Shown: in pieces, positions 22,784 to 36,000 of the stretch | How positions within the stretch are numbered: the first letter of the stretch is position 1 | Layout of the letters: the number at the start of each line of letters is the position of its first letter | Source of the DNA: Ostrea edulis | Taxonomy: Eukaryota | Assembly: GCF_947568905.1 (NCBI RefSeq) | Contig: NC_079172.1 | Location: 71,238,001-71,302,000 of the forward strand | Length of the DNA: 64,000 nt | Reading direction: 5' to 3' | Notes under the pieces: generated by a model | Seen by the model: only the letters and a program-made list of their open reading frames with translations | Told to the model about the DNA's origin: nothing | Databases searched by the model: none | Program-made: the position numbers and the translations under genes

Positions 22784-25700
22784 CTGTTGATGGAATAAAA
22801 ACAAACACTTCAGGATTTCATGTTTCACAAATCTTCCGGGTAACTGGTTCATATGAATTTATTTACTTTCACTGTGTGTATCCTACTTAATTTCTGTTGA
22901 ATCCATTGTTTGTTATTTGCAATTATGATGGTATATTCTGTTTCAACCTAATTAGATCCGGTTTTAGTGCCGGTTGTCCGTGTGTGAATATAGGAGTTAT
23001 GAGATTGATCACTGTTCGTTATCTTCACCTTTCATATACATTCCATGAACTCCGCGACCTATTTCAAGGTATTGTTAAAATTGTTGGGAAATATTATTAT
23101 ATTTCCTGGTGTAGTTTTAACATTTTATTTTGATTTAGAATAATAGAGAATGCAAGTATTACCTATATTATGCAATGTTTATCTTATAAGTATTTCTCTT
23201 TATAATCGTCCAAATATGGAAATCATTACCAAATATGGAGACAAATCGATGTCAGGTGATTTCAGCTGTTACGTTTGAATAACTTACAGATCTCTATTTT
23301 ACATACATATACTTGAAAGTGTTTGAACTCTAAACACATTTTTTACAGTGTATTTATAGTAAAAAATAATACCCAAAATATAAATATAAATAACAAAATG
23401 TCCTTCTTTGGTTTGTCAAAGGTCGCAAACATTGCAGAAAAAAAATATTCCACAATCTGCTAACGCTGGTTATTATTTTTTCTGCATTGTTTCTTATCTT
23501 GACATCCCCTTTAACAAATCAAAGAAATCATTTATTATTTAGATAATTAGTTTAGATAATTAGTTTCATCATCCAATAAAATGCTATCATTACCGGTACA
23601 AATGTGCCAAAACCACCAGTATACGGTATCAGGCAGATCTATTAAATGAGACCATACTTACTTGGTACACTCGATATGGTATATTCTGTTGAACTTGGAA
23701 CAATATCTGTGCTGTTTAATGACTCTGGATTGAAGGCTACACATCTGACTGTTACGTTACTCCAACTATCCGCTGTGAGGTCTATTGAAAAATTCATCGT
23801 CTGAACATTGCTACAGTTCTTAGAAGACAAGGAGTACACCCTCTTCTGATTGGCTGGGTGATAATTCTTGAACTCCGTTTCACCGGGACGCTTTATTTGA
23901 ATTTCTAGTTCTCCAACCGGATGACCAACATCTCCTGTGCACGAATGCGTCCTTTGATTTTGCCCGTCTATCAGATCGGCATGAAGGGTGATTAGGGGCG
24001 GATTAGGTTTCACTTCAAAATTAAAAATAGAATAAGAATTCTAAAAATGTGTATGATATGAAATTAGTGTATGATAAGTACATTCAGTGTATAAATGATT
24101 TCAAATGAGACCTTGCATTATGAATCTGAATTCCAAGTTCAGAATTGAATTATCAAAGCTCATAAATATCAGAATTATGTATTCTAACCAAACTATATTC
24201 TAAAAGATCGTGTATCTACTCTGATATTTGATAATCAAAGTTACACGTAAAATGCGTTATGAAAAAGTGGTTAATATTTTCTAAAGATAAACGATGCACC
24301 TTTCATCACGATTGCAAAAGTTGTAGCAATGGTGTCTTCATTTTCAATCTCCATTACAACGGAATATTTCGCATCATCGCTACAAGACATTGAAGGAATA
24401 GACACATCCACACGTTGGGCTGAGAGGGAAAATGATACATGGAGTTTATCGGAGTACTCAGGTAAAACTGCTACAGTTCCGTCAGACCTGATGAATGCAA
24501 TGATGACCTGGTTTTTGGACACATTAAGAGAATGAAATGTTGATACATTGAGGTGGCAGCTGATACTGGCTAATTCATTCTGGTACACGGATGACGATGT
24601 ACACTCCACATCTGTAGAAGAAGAAGGAAGGGATTGAATGTAGTACCATATCAGACATGTAATTTACATATTCATCGATGAGAAGGAAGTCTTTGCTGAT
24701 GTTTTTAAAGTAATGGAGAACCCATTTTGTTAGTCTTTACATGAACATATCATAAACTCGCACAGTCTCTGTGGTTATGGTGTTTGCATCACGAAGTTAT
24801 AAATTCGAGCCCCGCTAGTGCTTTGAAAGCGTCAAATTTAAGATGTAAAAAATAGCTGTTTTTGAAACAAATTTAAAACATATCTTTATAAACTTGCATT
24901 TAATCTCGAATTGGGTATTTATGTATAGTTATTTAAAAGAAAACCCCACTTTTATTATTATTGCATGCCTTTTTCTATGTATTTAATGTTCTTTGTTTTA
25001 GTTTGTTTTTATTGTTTTACATGTAAAGCGCTTTAGGTCAATTGTCTTAATTAGATAAGTGATATAGAAATGTATTATAATAATAAATGATATTGATAAA
25101 AAATAGGCAGTGATTTCTCCTTCGGTAAATGGACGGAACTTAGAAGCTAGAGGGGTTTGAACCCTAAAACCACAGTTCCGGTGTCACAACAGGCGTTGAC
25201 ATCTTAGAAACTCTCACTTCTATGGTCCCCAGCGCTAAACATAGGTTTACAATTGTGGTAGAACAAACCCCTACTACCAACAAGCCCTTGATACTAGTTC
25301 ATGATTCCTTTGTGACTTGCTGATTTTCTTATTTATTGAGAACAACCCATTACATATGTACATATGGCTGCCTTTGTGAATTTTAAGAAGAAACCTCTTA
25401 CATTTGGCTGCTTTCGTTACTGTTGTGGACAATGTGGAGGTCGATGTTGTCGAAACTGAAGAAAATGAAAATCATCATCATCATCATTGCATTCAAAAAC
25501 CAGTTACATGTATATCATTGAGACCACTGATCCTGGCCTTAAACAATAGACAAATACATATACAAGATTTGATAAAACTACAGTAATTATGCAAGAAGGT
25601 GAATATTACCAAAAGTGATCAATTTCATAAATCGCAGAAAGTATAAATATTTAGAGTAAAGCAAACACGGACTCCTGAAAACACCAGAGGTGTGATCTGG

Positions 25701-28700
25701 TGCCTAGGAGGATTAAGTATTCCCTGATGACCAGTCACACAAGCCATGAGACCTCTATTTTGATCAGGTAAACGGAGTAATGCTTGGTCAAAATCAGAAT
25801 GTAATGAACAACAATTGATATAATAATTATTCTTTATATGATTGTTGGATATGCATTAAAAATATTTACAATGTAGTACTGTCATATATTGAGTTAAGGA
25901 ATGTTTATGCAATCGGTGTGTAAACGATGACTATTTCCTTCATGAAGCACAGTCCTATTATATTAATATTGAATTAATTGTTAGTCCTCGTACATGCTAG
26001 CAATATTTAACGTCAGTATCTCGCAAAGTCTATGATCCTTATAATGATCTAATTTGTAATTACAACCGTCATTAGGTCGAATGCTGTCTGACGTGTTCAT
26101 ACCAATTGTTAGTCCTCGTACAAGCAAGCAATATATAATTAACAAAGGTGAATAAAATCCGTAAACAAACAACAAATATATCGCAACTTTCCTCTGTGTC
26201 ACATCTTCTATATAGAATGAATGATAGTATCTAAAACGTATACGGTACCAACTCCGCGATAACAATAAACTTGTAGAAGCTATTTTAGGGAAAAACTTTT
26301 AGGGATATTCAGAGTGCTAAATAGTATATGACCCTTATATTGATATTATGTTTAGATTAGCAGAAGACACTTACTGGGGGTCGTTGGACTCTCTGTACAT
26401 ATTGCGCGGCTGCAGTCATCACAATACGCCTTCCCTATGTATACACATTGACGAACTGCGCATTTTCTTCCGTGAGGTTGGTTCTTCTCACACTGAATGT
26501 ATGTGTTGCAGTTATCGAATTTTTCATGATCAATGAAGAAAACCTTTGTTTCATTGAATTGTTCACATACATCAACTGGAATGTTTTATAAAGATATAAA
26601 AGTCGTTAAAAGAATGTGGATTTCATCCTGCAAAGTTTCACTAGAACATACATTCTAACAAAAACAAATACTTGTACATGTAATGAACTATATGTAGTTG
26701 GCTAAATCTCGTTGGAATATTTACTTTGTTTTGATAAATTATTCAAAGTAATGATTATTTACGTATTTAAATATCAAAACGAGTCGCCTGGTTATAAAAC
26801 TTGCTTTCCTATATTCAATTCTCGATCTTAGAGTGGCATTAAATACGCGATTCTGAACATAAGCAGTGACTGATCCTTCACCGAGTACTCAGTACTAAAT
26901 GTGAAAGCCACGGGTCTTTTGAATGAAAGGTGAAGATAACGAACAGTGATCCATCTCATAACTCCTATAAGCAATACAAAATAGAGAGCTCTGCACACAC
27001 GTACCCCTGGATACACCGGAGGTGGGATCAGATGCCAAGGAGGAGTAAGCATCCCCTGATGACTTGTAATATATATATATATATATATATTGTATAACTT
27101 TTAAAACAGAGATCCCGTATTACAGTGGGTGTTTGCAGGATAAAAAACTCTCCGTGACCTTGAACGCCAAGATTAATTCAAAGCTTGTGTCAATGGGTGA
27201 CCTTTCTATATGGAGTGGGGAAAAGATAAACTAGGTTAAAAACCCAAGATAAGAAAATCTAAATATCAGAGTTAATTGTAGCAAATAAGCCACAATTTTT
27301 ATAATTCTGAAAATCGCAGGATAATTTTCTCAAGTTTTATTATGCAATATAGTTCATCACAGTATCAACGTTTTTACTATCGTGAATCAAAATAATTCAA
27401 TCTCCATTCAAAAGGAACTGAAGTATAGGTATTGATCTAAACATTGCCATTCAGTAAAACACACTTATAGCGAAGTTTAAGCTGGATTCTGTATTCGTGT
27501 GTTCGCTTTAACAGTGTTTAACTGTAACTATAGAAAAGAGATTCGAATCCCGTATCATTTTATGGTGTAATATGCATTACCCAATTCTTTATACACTGTA
27601 CATATAGATATTTCGGTTCTCGATATGGTGACATACTTACTAATAAAATTTAAAAATTTCCTATCAACTTTATTCCACTGATGCTACTAAGGAGGTATTT
27701 TAGCACTGAATGGCGTTTGAACATGTCATTTTCGAATGTCACAATACCTTTTTGCGTGTAATTCAAATCTTAAATTAAGAAAATTAAAAGGTTTCTTGAT
27801 TTACAGGGACCCCCTTCTGCTTGTGATTCATAGTATGATAATGTTGAGGGTGAGGCCGTTAAACCAACACACATTGGTTTTAATGTTAATATCGGTTTGG
27901 TTTCATATGTTGCATAGAGAAATAAGGCTATTGAAGGGAAGGCCTAGATACTCTCTGAATAAGGATCATATAATCGAAACATTTGAAAATTACCTGGAAT
28001 CACATAAAGTGTTTCTTCCACCACACTTGACTGAACGGAAGCATCTTCTGTCTGAATCTCACACCTGATTTTACCTTCGTTCCATTCCCTCGATGCATTA
28101 AGGTAGAACTTCAGCGAATGAGTAGATGAGCAACTTTCCTGACGTGTTGTGTTCTCCTTTACCAGCAACATTAACCCATCAGCAAGAAGAACGCTATAGA
28201 GATATAGGGAAGAGGATACACTCGAATCGTAGACTTTCATGGCATCTGAAATCACTTTTTCGTTAAATATAGCGGTTTCTCCTGTGGTCGGATTAGATAT
28301 TGTAAGGGAGAGAAAGCCACTGACATCCGGGTATCCAACCTCTCCGGAGCAGGAGTGTTCTGAGGTGTAGTGGAATGTGTCCTCCACAACGTCGACATGT
28401 AGTGACAGAGAGACAGGGGTAGATCCAGCTTCAACTGTTTCAGAGACAAGGTACAAATTATCAGTAAACGTATTCCTCCTCCATTCCCTTATCTACAAAC
28501 TAACGGTAATATAAAAAAGGATCATCCCATGATCACCATTATCGCTTTGATTTGAACCAGTGACTCGAGGTATTTTACGGCGGAAAATATCACAATAGCC
28601 AGCGTCTTTTTACATTACGTATAAATTTATGCGCTATAGTGAGGGAGTTATAAAGATCTATTTACTTAAGAAAAATCATAAAACCAGACTAACCCTGAGT

Positions 28701-31700
28701 ATAACAGAGTATGAGAGTTCACGTATGAGAAATGATTGGGACGTATTGTGAGTCGCAATAAAGCGCGTTTATTTAGTTTAAGGAAAATGCACGAAATTTC
28801 CAAAGATGATATTATATTTGATAGAAATATGGATTTTCAATCTCCCTTGTACATCTTTGTCTAAACCAATCACATAACGCGGTGTATAGAATTATTATGT
28901 TACGGTGTAATCTATTATGTTCATTGACAATCTCTTCGTGGTCTGTGGTGATAGGTCTTCCAACAGTCTGTTGGAATTCCCATGGGCACGAATTGTGCTC
29001 CTTTGTTAGCTGACTTGTTTCTATATTCATATGAAGCAGAATTTATTCAAAAACTTATACGCGAGAAGAAAAAATATTTCGCTGTGACCTTCAATTCGAC
29101 ATTTAGATATATCGATGATGTTTTGTCTATTAACAACAATAGCATTCATTCATATGTCGATTTGATATATCCCTGTGAGCTCAAAATAAAGGACACTACA
29201 GAGTCGACCACTTTTGCTTCATAATTAGATATTTTATTGAAAGTAGACATTAACGTCAAACTGACAACTCAACTGTATGACAAACGGGATGATTTCAGTT
29301 TCTCCATCATCAACTTCCCATATTTATGTAGCAATATTCCATTATCACCTGCATGTGGCGTTTATATATCTTAACTGATTCGATATGCAAGAGCTTGTTC
29401 TGCGTATAATCAGTTTTTAAATCGAGGTAAGCTACATACAAACAAGTTGATGGTACAGGGGTTTCAACAGTCTCGATTGAAGTCAACATTTCGCAAATTC
29501 TATGGTCGTTATAACGATGTAGTTCGTCAATACAACCTCGCATTGGGTCAAATGCTGTCTGACGTGTTTCATACCGATTGTTAAGTCGTTCTTGGCACAC
29601 TGATTTTGACTGCGGATAACTCCGTTTACCTGAACAGGATATAGGGCTCACGGCGGGTGTGACCGGTCAACAGGGGATGCTTACTCCTCCTAGGCACCTG
29701 ATCCCACCTCTGGTGTGTCCAGGGATCCATGTTTGCCCAACTATCTATTTTGTATTGCTTATAGGAGTTACGAGATTGATCACTGTTCGTTATCTTCACC
29801 TTGCATAGGGATATGATTCATATCATTTTAATCTGAGGAAAACATTGCTGTACATCAATTTAGATTGGTATACCATGCTTTATACATTAAGGGATCGCCC
29901 AAGGGAAGAAACAGACTTACCTGTGGGTTGTAAGGTCAGGGGGAGAGGAGAGGCAATTACAGAACTTCCGGTCGTAACGGTACAGAAATATTGTCCTTCA
30001 TCACTACACTGTAGGTTAATGTATTCCACTTTTAACTCTCCATCCTCAAAGGTTACTGATCTTCCTGGACTATCGGTAAGTACTCCATTGGCATAGTTTG
30101 CTATGGTAGCGTTTGTGTTATTGGATATTTTGTAAATTGAAATAGAGTTTATTGCTGACGTCGCCACGCTCGTCTGACAATGAATACTAACACGCTCTCC
30201 AGGTTTAGCTGCCACATGATATTGTGTAAAAGATACATCTGAAATTAAATGGGAGACTTTAACTATAAAACAGATTCATGTTAATAGCAGAAGTATCTAC
30301 CTAAACAGAAGGAATAAACATTTTTGTCAAGTGTTTTTCTTCTTGATATTTAATAAAACGTTATATTTTTACCAAAAATCTGAGAAAGTAAAAGTATGCT
30401 CTATCCAATGTATGTTCCTTACCATTTGTACATTGTAACAATCATAGAAAATCTATTTTATTAAGAGTTCATAAATCTGGTAGAAGTAAATGAACCCGAA
30501 AGTCGAAAACGATCTATGGTTTATCACTAGAAACACTGTCAAGAAAATACAACTCAGCGCAATAAACTAGTGGCATAGAATATATACGTATACAATGCAA
30601 ATAGGCCCAATCCTGGGTAAACGTTTGCAAATTACAAAGAAAGTCAGTCTTCTTCTACGGTGAAAAGTCGTTACTTTATTACTAAAGAAGTAGACAGCAA
30701 TTTTGATTTCCATATCTCAAGTGATAATGATAAGACGTGCGGGAAATATACGTTCAACAATATCACACTGTGTTTGCTCTACTCTAATTTTGTATTCTTT
30801 TTGGGATTTATGAGATTGTATTGTTTTTTGGGATTTATGAGATTGATCACTGTTCGTTATCCTAGTTGTATCGTTTGAATGAATAAATCGCAACGACATC
30901 AATTGACATTTTATCATTAGGAAGCATGCGAGAAGTTTTCATATCAATATCTTATTTGTACTACATGGTACTATGCGCAGAAACAGACGAACAGAAACTC
31001 TAACGAATGGATGTAGAGGATATCTATAAACATTCCCTGGCTTTGTCTATAAATCAGGAGATTCTATGTTTTGCCATCAATGTAGTTTATTTTCCAAACT
31101 ATCACAAATCTACAATCGAAATACAACTTCAAACATTTCGGTTGAACGACACTGAAGAGACATTATTTGTCGAAATGCGCATCTGGTGCATCAAAATTTG
31201 TACCGTATAAGCTTTACATTTACATACCTGACTGCAACACAGTAACCACTTCCGATGCGACAGCAGTTTTATTCAGCAGTGTGTTTGATGCTATACAACG
31301 TATCACAGAACCATTCAAAGCTAGCTCCATGGGAAAACTAGTTTTATAGTTCCACTCAAAATCCACAGAGCAGTCACTATTTCTAGGTGACTCATACATG
31401 CTCCGCTTTGCGGGGTCTTGTAGCACGGAGCCGTCGGGTAGTCGGACTTCTAGGGAAATTTGGCCATATTCATAGTCGGTTGTCGTCCTGCAGGTCAGTT
31501 CCACTCTTTCACCGCTGTAATACGTTGTCTTCATATCCAGCGTTACGTTATTGATGGGCGCTGGAAAGTAAGTGATGGTGGCTTCGTTATCGTAGTACAC
31601 GGTAATGTCGATATTGTGTTGCCTTCCAGGTTTTAGATTTAATAACATGGTACTAAATAACAAATACGGAATACAAACTGACTTTTACTGAAAATGAATA

Positions 31701-32967
31701 TTTCAATAATATAGAACTTACCAGTGATCTCAGCGTCGCTTATCTTCATTATAACTGTTTCTGCAATGTCCGCCATTGTTATCCCGCATTTGAATCGTAA
31801 GAGTGACGGGCATATTACTGCTGTAGCTAACTTGACGTGAAATACAACTGTTATTCTGTCAGTATGTCGTGTAAAGGTTACACTTGTTAAATCACTCTTC
31901 GTAGGGTGTGATTCTGTGCCATTACTTGAGAGTAATGCGAGTACAGACGAACTTGTACCAAGTTCCCGGCTAGCAATTACTGTGTCCCAATTCTCCACCA
32001 CGTCAATTGTGCACTCTAACACCAAGTCCTCTCTAGCAAGGACCGTCACACTAGGGAATGATATGTCTGGAACATAGTATACAAGACTGAATATGTAGTT
32101 ATGACGCTGTATGACTGAATATATAAAAAGCAGATAATAAAGATGTGAGAGTAGACAGAGCAAAGGGAGAGAATGAAAGGAGGAGACAAGGGGAGGAGAC
32201 AAGAGGAGAAGACAAGGGGAGGAGACAAGGGGAAAAGACAGGGGGAGAAGACCAGGGGAGGAGACAAGAGGAGGAGACAAGGGGAGGAGACAAGGGGAGA
32301 AGACAAGGGGAGGAGACAAGGGGAGAAGACAAGGGGAGAAGACAAGGGGAGGAGACAAGGGGAGAAGACAAGGGGAGGAGACAATGGGAGGAGAGAAGGG
32401 GAGAAGACAAGGGGAGAAGACAAGGGGGGGAGACAAGGGGAGGAGACAAGGGGAGAAGACAAGGGGAGGAGACAAAGGGAGAAGACAAGGGGACGAGACA
32501 AGGGGACGAGACAAGGAAAGAAGAGAAGGGGAGGAGACAAGGGGACGAGACAAGGGGAGAAGACAAGGGGACGAGACAAGGAGAGAAGACAAGGGGACGA
32601 GACAAGGGGAGAAGACAAATGGAGGAGACAAGGGGAGGAGACAAGGGGGGAAGACAAGGGGAGGAGACAAGGGGAGAAGACAAGGGGAGGAGACAAGGGG
32701 GGGGGAGACAAGGGGAGGAGACAATGGGAGAAGACAAGGGGAGAAGACAAGGGGAGAAGACCAGGGGAGGAGACAAGGGGAGAAGACAAGAGGAGAAGAC
32801 AAGGGGAGAAGACAGGGGGAGAAGACAAGGGGACGAGACAAGGGGACGAGACAAGGGGAGAAGACAAGGGGAGAAGACGGGTAGAAATAGAATGAGGAGA
32901 GGAAAAGGAATCAATGAAAAAGGAGAGAGGAAAGAGAGAAAAAGGAGAAGGGGAGGGGAAAATAAGA

Positions 32968-33030
<63 letters not shown>

Positions 33031-36000
33031 CCTTCTATCTACCCCCAGATATACTTCGAAATAAATGTCATAGATATGGAGGTATGATAATAAAATATAA
33101 AAGATAACCAGAAGCTTTAAAGGTTAAGAAGTTGTATAACAGTAACAAAAGCTTTACATTATAGTTCATGTACATTTGATATGCAGCATACAGTATTATT
33201 TCCATTTACAGGTATTTATAAACTTGATGAACACTCACTGGCTGTGCTGATAGGAGCACCTGTTGTTGTCTCCGTAACCATTGTTGTAGTGCCAGGAGGT
33301 GTTTCTGATGTCAATGTCGAGTTGTCTGTTGTGTTCGTTGTTGACAATGCTATCTGTGTTGTTTGTATAATGTTTTCTGTTGTTGATCGTGATGTAGTAA
33401 CGTAAGACGACGATGAATCTAGATTTTCTGTTGTTGATTGTGACGTAGTGACTTTAGTAGACGATGAATCTAAATTTTCTGTTGTTGATTGTGGTGTAGT
33501 GACTTTAGTAGACGATGAATCTAGATTTTCTGTTGTTGATTGTGGTGTAGTGACTTTAGTAGACGATGAATCTAGATTTTCGGCTGTTGATTGTGGTGTA
33601 GTGACTTTAGTAGACGATGAATCTAGATTTTCTGTTGTTGATTTCGTTGTTGGTTCTACAGTGACGGAAGTAATTAATTCTTTTGTATTGTTTGACGTTT
33701 GAGTTGGTAGAGAGGTGTATGTTGTATTATCAGGGGTTGTTATTGATAAATTCTCCGTGGGCTTTTGAGTGGATGTTAATGTTGTATCTGTAAATTGTGT
33801 TAAGGTAGAAAATATTGAGAAAGGACTAGCAGATGATGTTTCTGTTGGAAGAGAAGACATAGTTGTTGTTTCTGTTCTACTAGCGGGGGATGTTGGTGAT
33901 GTTGTCAATGTTTCTAATGTAGTTGATTGGAACGCTCGAGTTGTTAATGGTGATGATGTTGTCAGTATATCTGTTGTAGATAGGGAAGTGGGCGATGTTT
34001 TTGGCATTGATGTCAGTGTTTTTGTCGTAGATGGGGAAGCTTGAGATGTTACTGTTGTCGATGTCAGTATTTCTGTTGTGGATAAAGTCGTTGGGAATGT
34101 TGTTGATGTTGTCACTGTTTCTGTTGTAGTTGTCGGTGGTGATGTGGTTGATGTTGATACAGATTGTGTTGTCGATGAAGTAGTTGATGTTGATGGTTTT
34201 CCTGTTGTAGTTGGTGTTGGTGATGTGGTAGATATTTTCAGTGTTTCTGTTGTAATTGGTGTTGGTGATGTGGTAGATATTTTCAGTGTTTCTGTTGTAG
34301 TTGGTGTTGGTAATTCTGTTTTAGTTGTCGATGAAGTGGTTGATGTTGATGGTGTTCCTATTGTAATTGGTGTTGGTGATGTGGAAGATATTTTCAGTGT
34401 TTCTGTTGTAATTGGTGTTGGTGATGTGGAAGATATTTTCAGTGTTTCTGTTGTAATTGGTGTTGGTGATGTGGTAGATATTTTCAGTGTTTCTGTTGTA
34501 ATTGGTGTTGGTGATGTGGTAGATATTTTCAGTGTTTCTGTTGTAGTTGGTGTTGATGTGGTTGGTGTTGAAACAGATTGTGCTGTATCTGGCGGTAGTG
34601 TTGAGGATGTTATAAGTGTTGTAGTAGTCAATGCGTCCTCTGTGGTAGTGCTTAATTCAGTTGTTATTTCTGCTTCTTTTGTTTCTGCAGCTGTAAGAAA
34701 TTCAGCTGAGCTTATTTATGTTTGGATAACTAAGTTCTTAGCGTAAGTGGATAACGAGAGTTGGTATAAATGAGTGAAAAAATTATTATATGAGATTTAG
34801 AATACAAAAAAATGTTATTTTATTATTATGATCTTATATATGACATCAATCAAACTTGCCACANNNNNNNNNNNNNNNNNNNNNNNNNNNNNNNNNNNNN
34901 NNNNNNNNNNNNNNNNNNNNNNNNNNNNNNNNNNNNNNNNNNNNNNNNNNNNNNNNNNNNNNNNNNNNNNNNNNNNNNNNNNNNNNNNNNNNNNNCATTT
35001 ATGTTAAGTTGTAAGCATGATATTATATGTATCGAAATGTATCGAAATATGCAGGCCATGTTGCATGATTCATATGTTGTAAACAAACACTATTAGATAT
35101 ATTTAAACTTTATAGATTGATCTACTGAAGAAATGGTGAACATGGCGTAACTGATGCTATGTAGGTGAAGATATATGTCAGTGATGATGATCAAATGAAA
35201 ACACTCGTCAAACGTTCAGGACGAATCTGACGTACAAATATTTCAGAATGCAGAGTATGTTATAATGTTGTTAACAAGACAGAACGAACGATTGCTGAAA
35301 ATGGTCATAGAAAAGTGATGTTTGATATTATAAAAGATAGAGTTGGGGAAATTAACTTGACTTAGTTTACAGTCAATGTTTAGTACGAGATCGACTTGCT
35401 GATACTCAGAGGCAGGAAATATAGCCAGCATACCTGTTCTTGTTGTACTCGATGATGAAGGTGTATTTTCTACAGAAGAAAATGTCATGTATGAAAAAAA
35501 GAAGGTAAAATGCATTAAGTAAGTTTGCATCCATTTATAAAGACAAATACATATGATAAGATTTCTTAAAATTTGTTTATAAAGAAAACAACTGAAGATG
35601 ATTTGGCCTCGCATATTATACCTAATAACCAAGACACAAGAACTTCTTCAAATGTTTTACATTTTCGTAGACAAAACATGTATAAGATTTATCACAATAA
35701 AATTAACAGATGCTCTATCGTATAAGATTACAAGCTGAGAACTGGATCTGAGGGGAGTCATAGTAACCACATCCAATACGATTATAAACCATACCTGTAG
35801 TCATAGATTGGTCTGCTGCTGAGGAAGTGGTACCAGCTGTTGTTAATGACGTGATCATGGTCCGAGCTGCTGTTGATGATAATGAAGTGGTTTGAACTGT
35901 TGAGGATAGTGGTAACGTGGACTGAACTGTCGATGAAAGAGTTGACGTTGTTTTAGTAGATGATGGTGTTGATGTAGTGTCAACTGTTCCTGATGATGTT

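Noticed and set aside
28190-28260. Possible small intron in the IgC2 exon (pyrimidine tract ending TATAG on the - strand)
   Set aside because: No upstream GT donor in the required phase and the frame is open throughout, so it was treated as a coding insertion.
29310-29651. Antisense ORFs recurring here, at 63765-63962 and at 25981-26265
   Set aside because: Reverse-strand shadows of the Penelope-like RT.
32046-32972. 240-275-aa G/R/E/K-rich and P/L/S/C-rich ORFs; also the first ~245 aa of ORF 31639-32841
   Set aside because: Produced by the 13-bp purine repeat, which has no stop codons; only 31722-32066 is a real exon.
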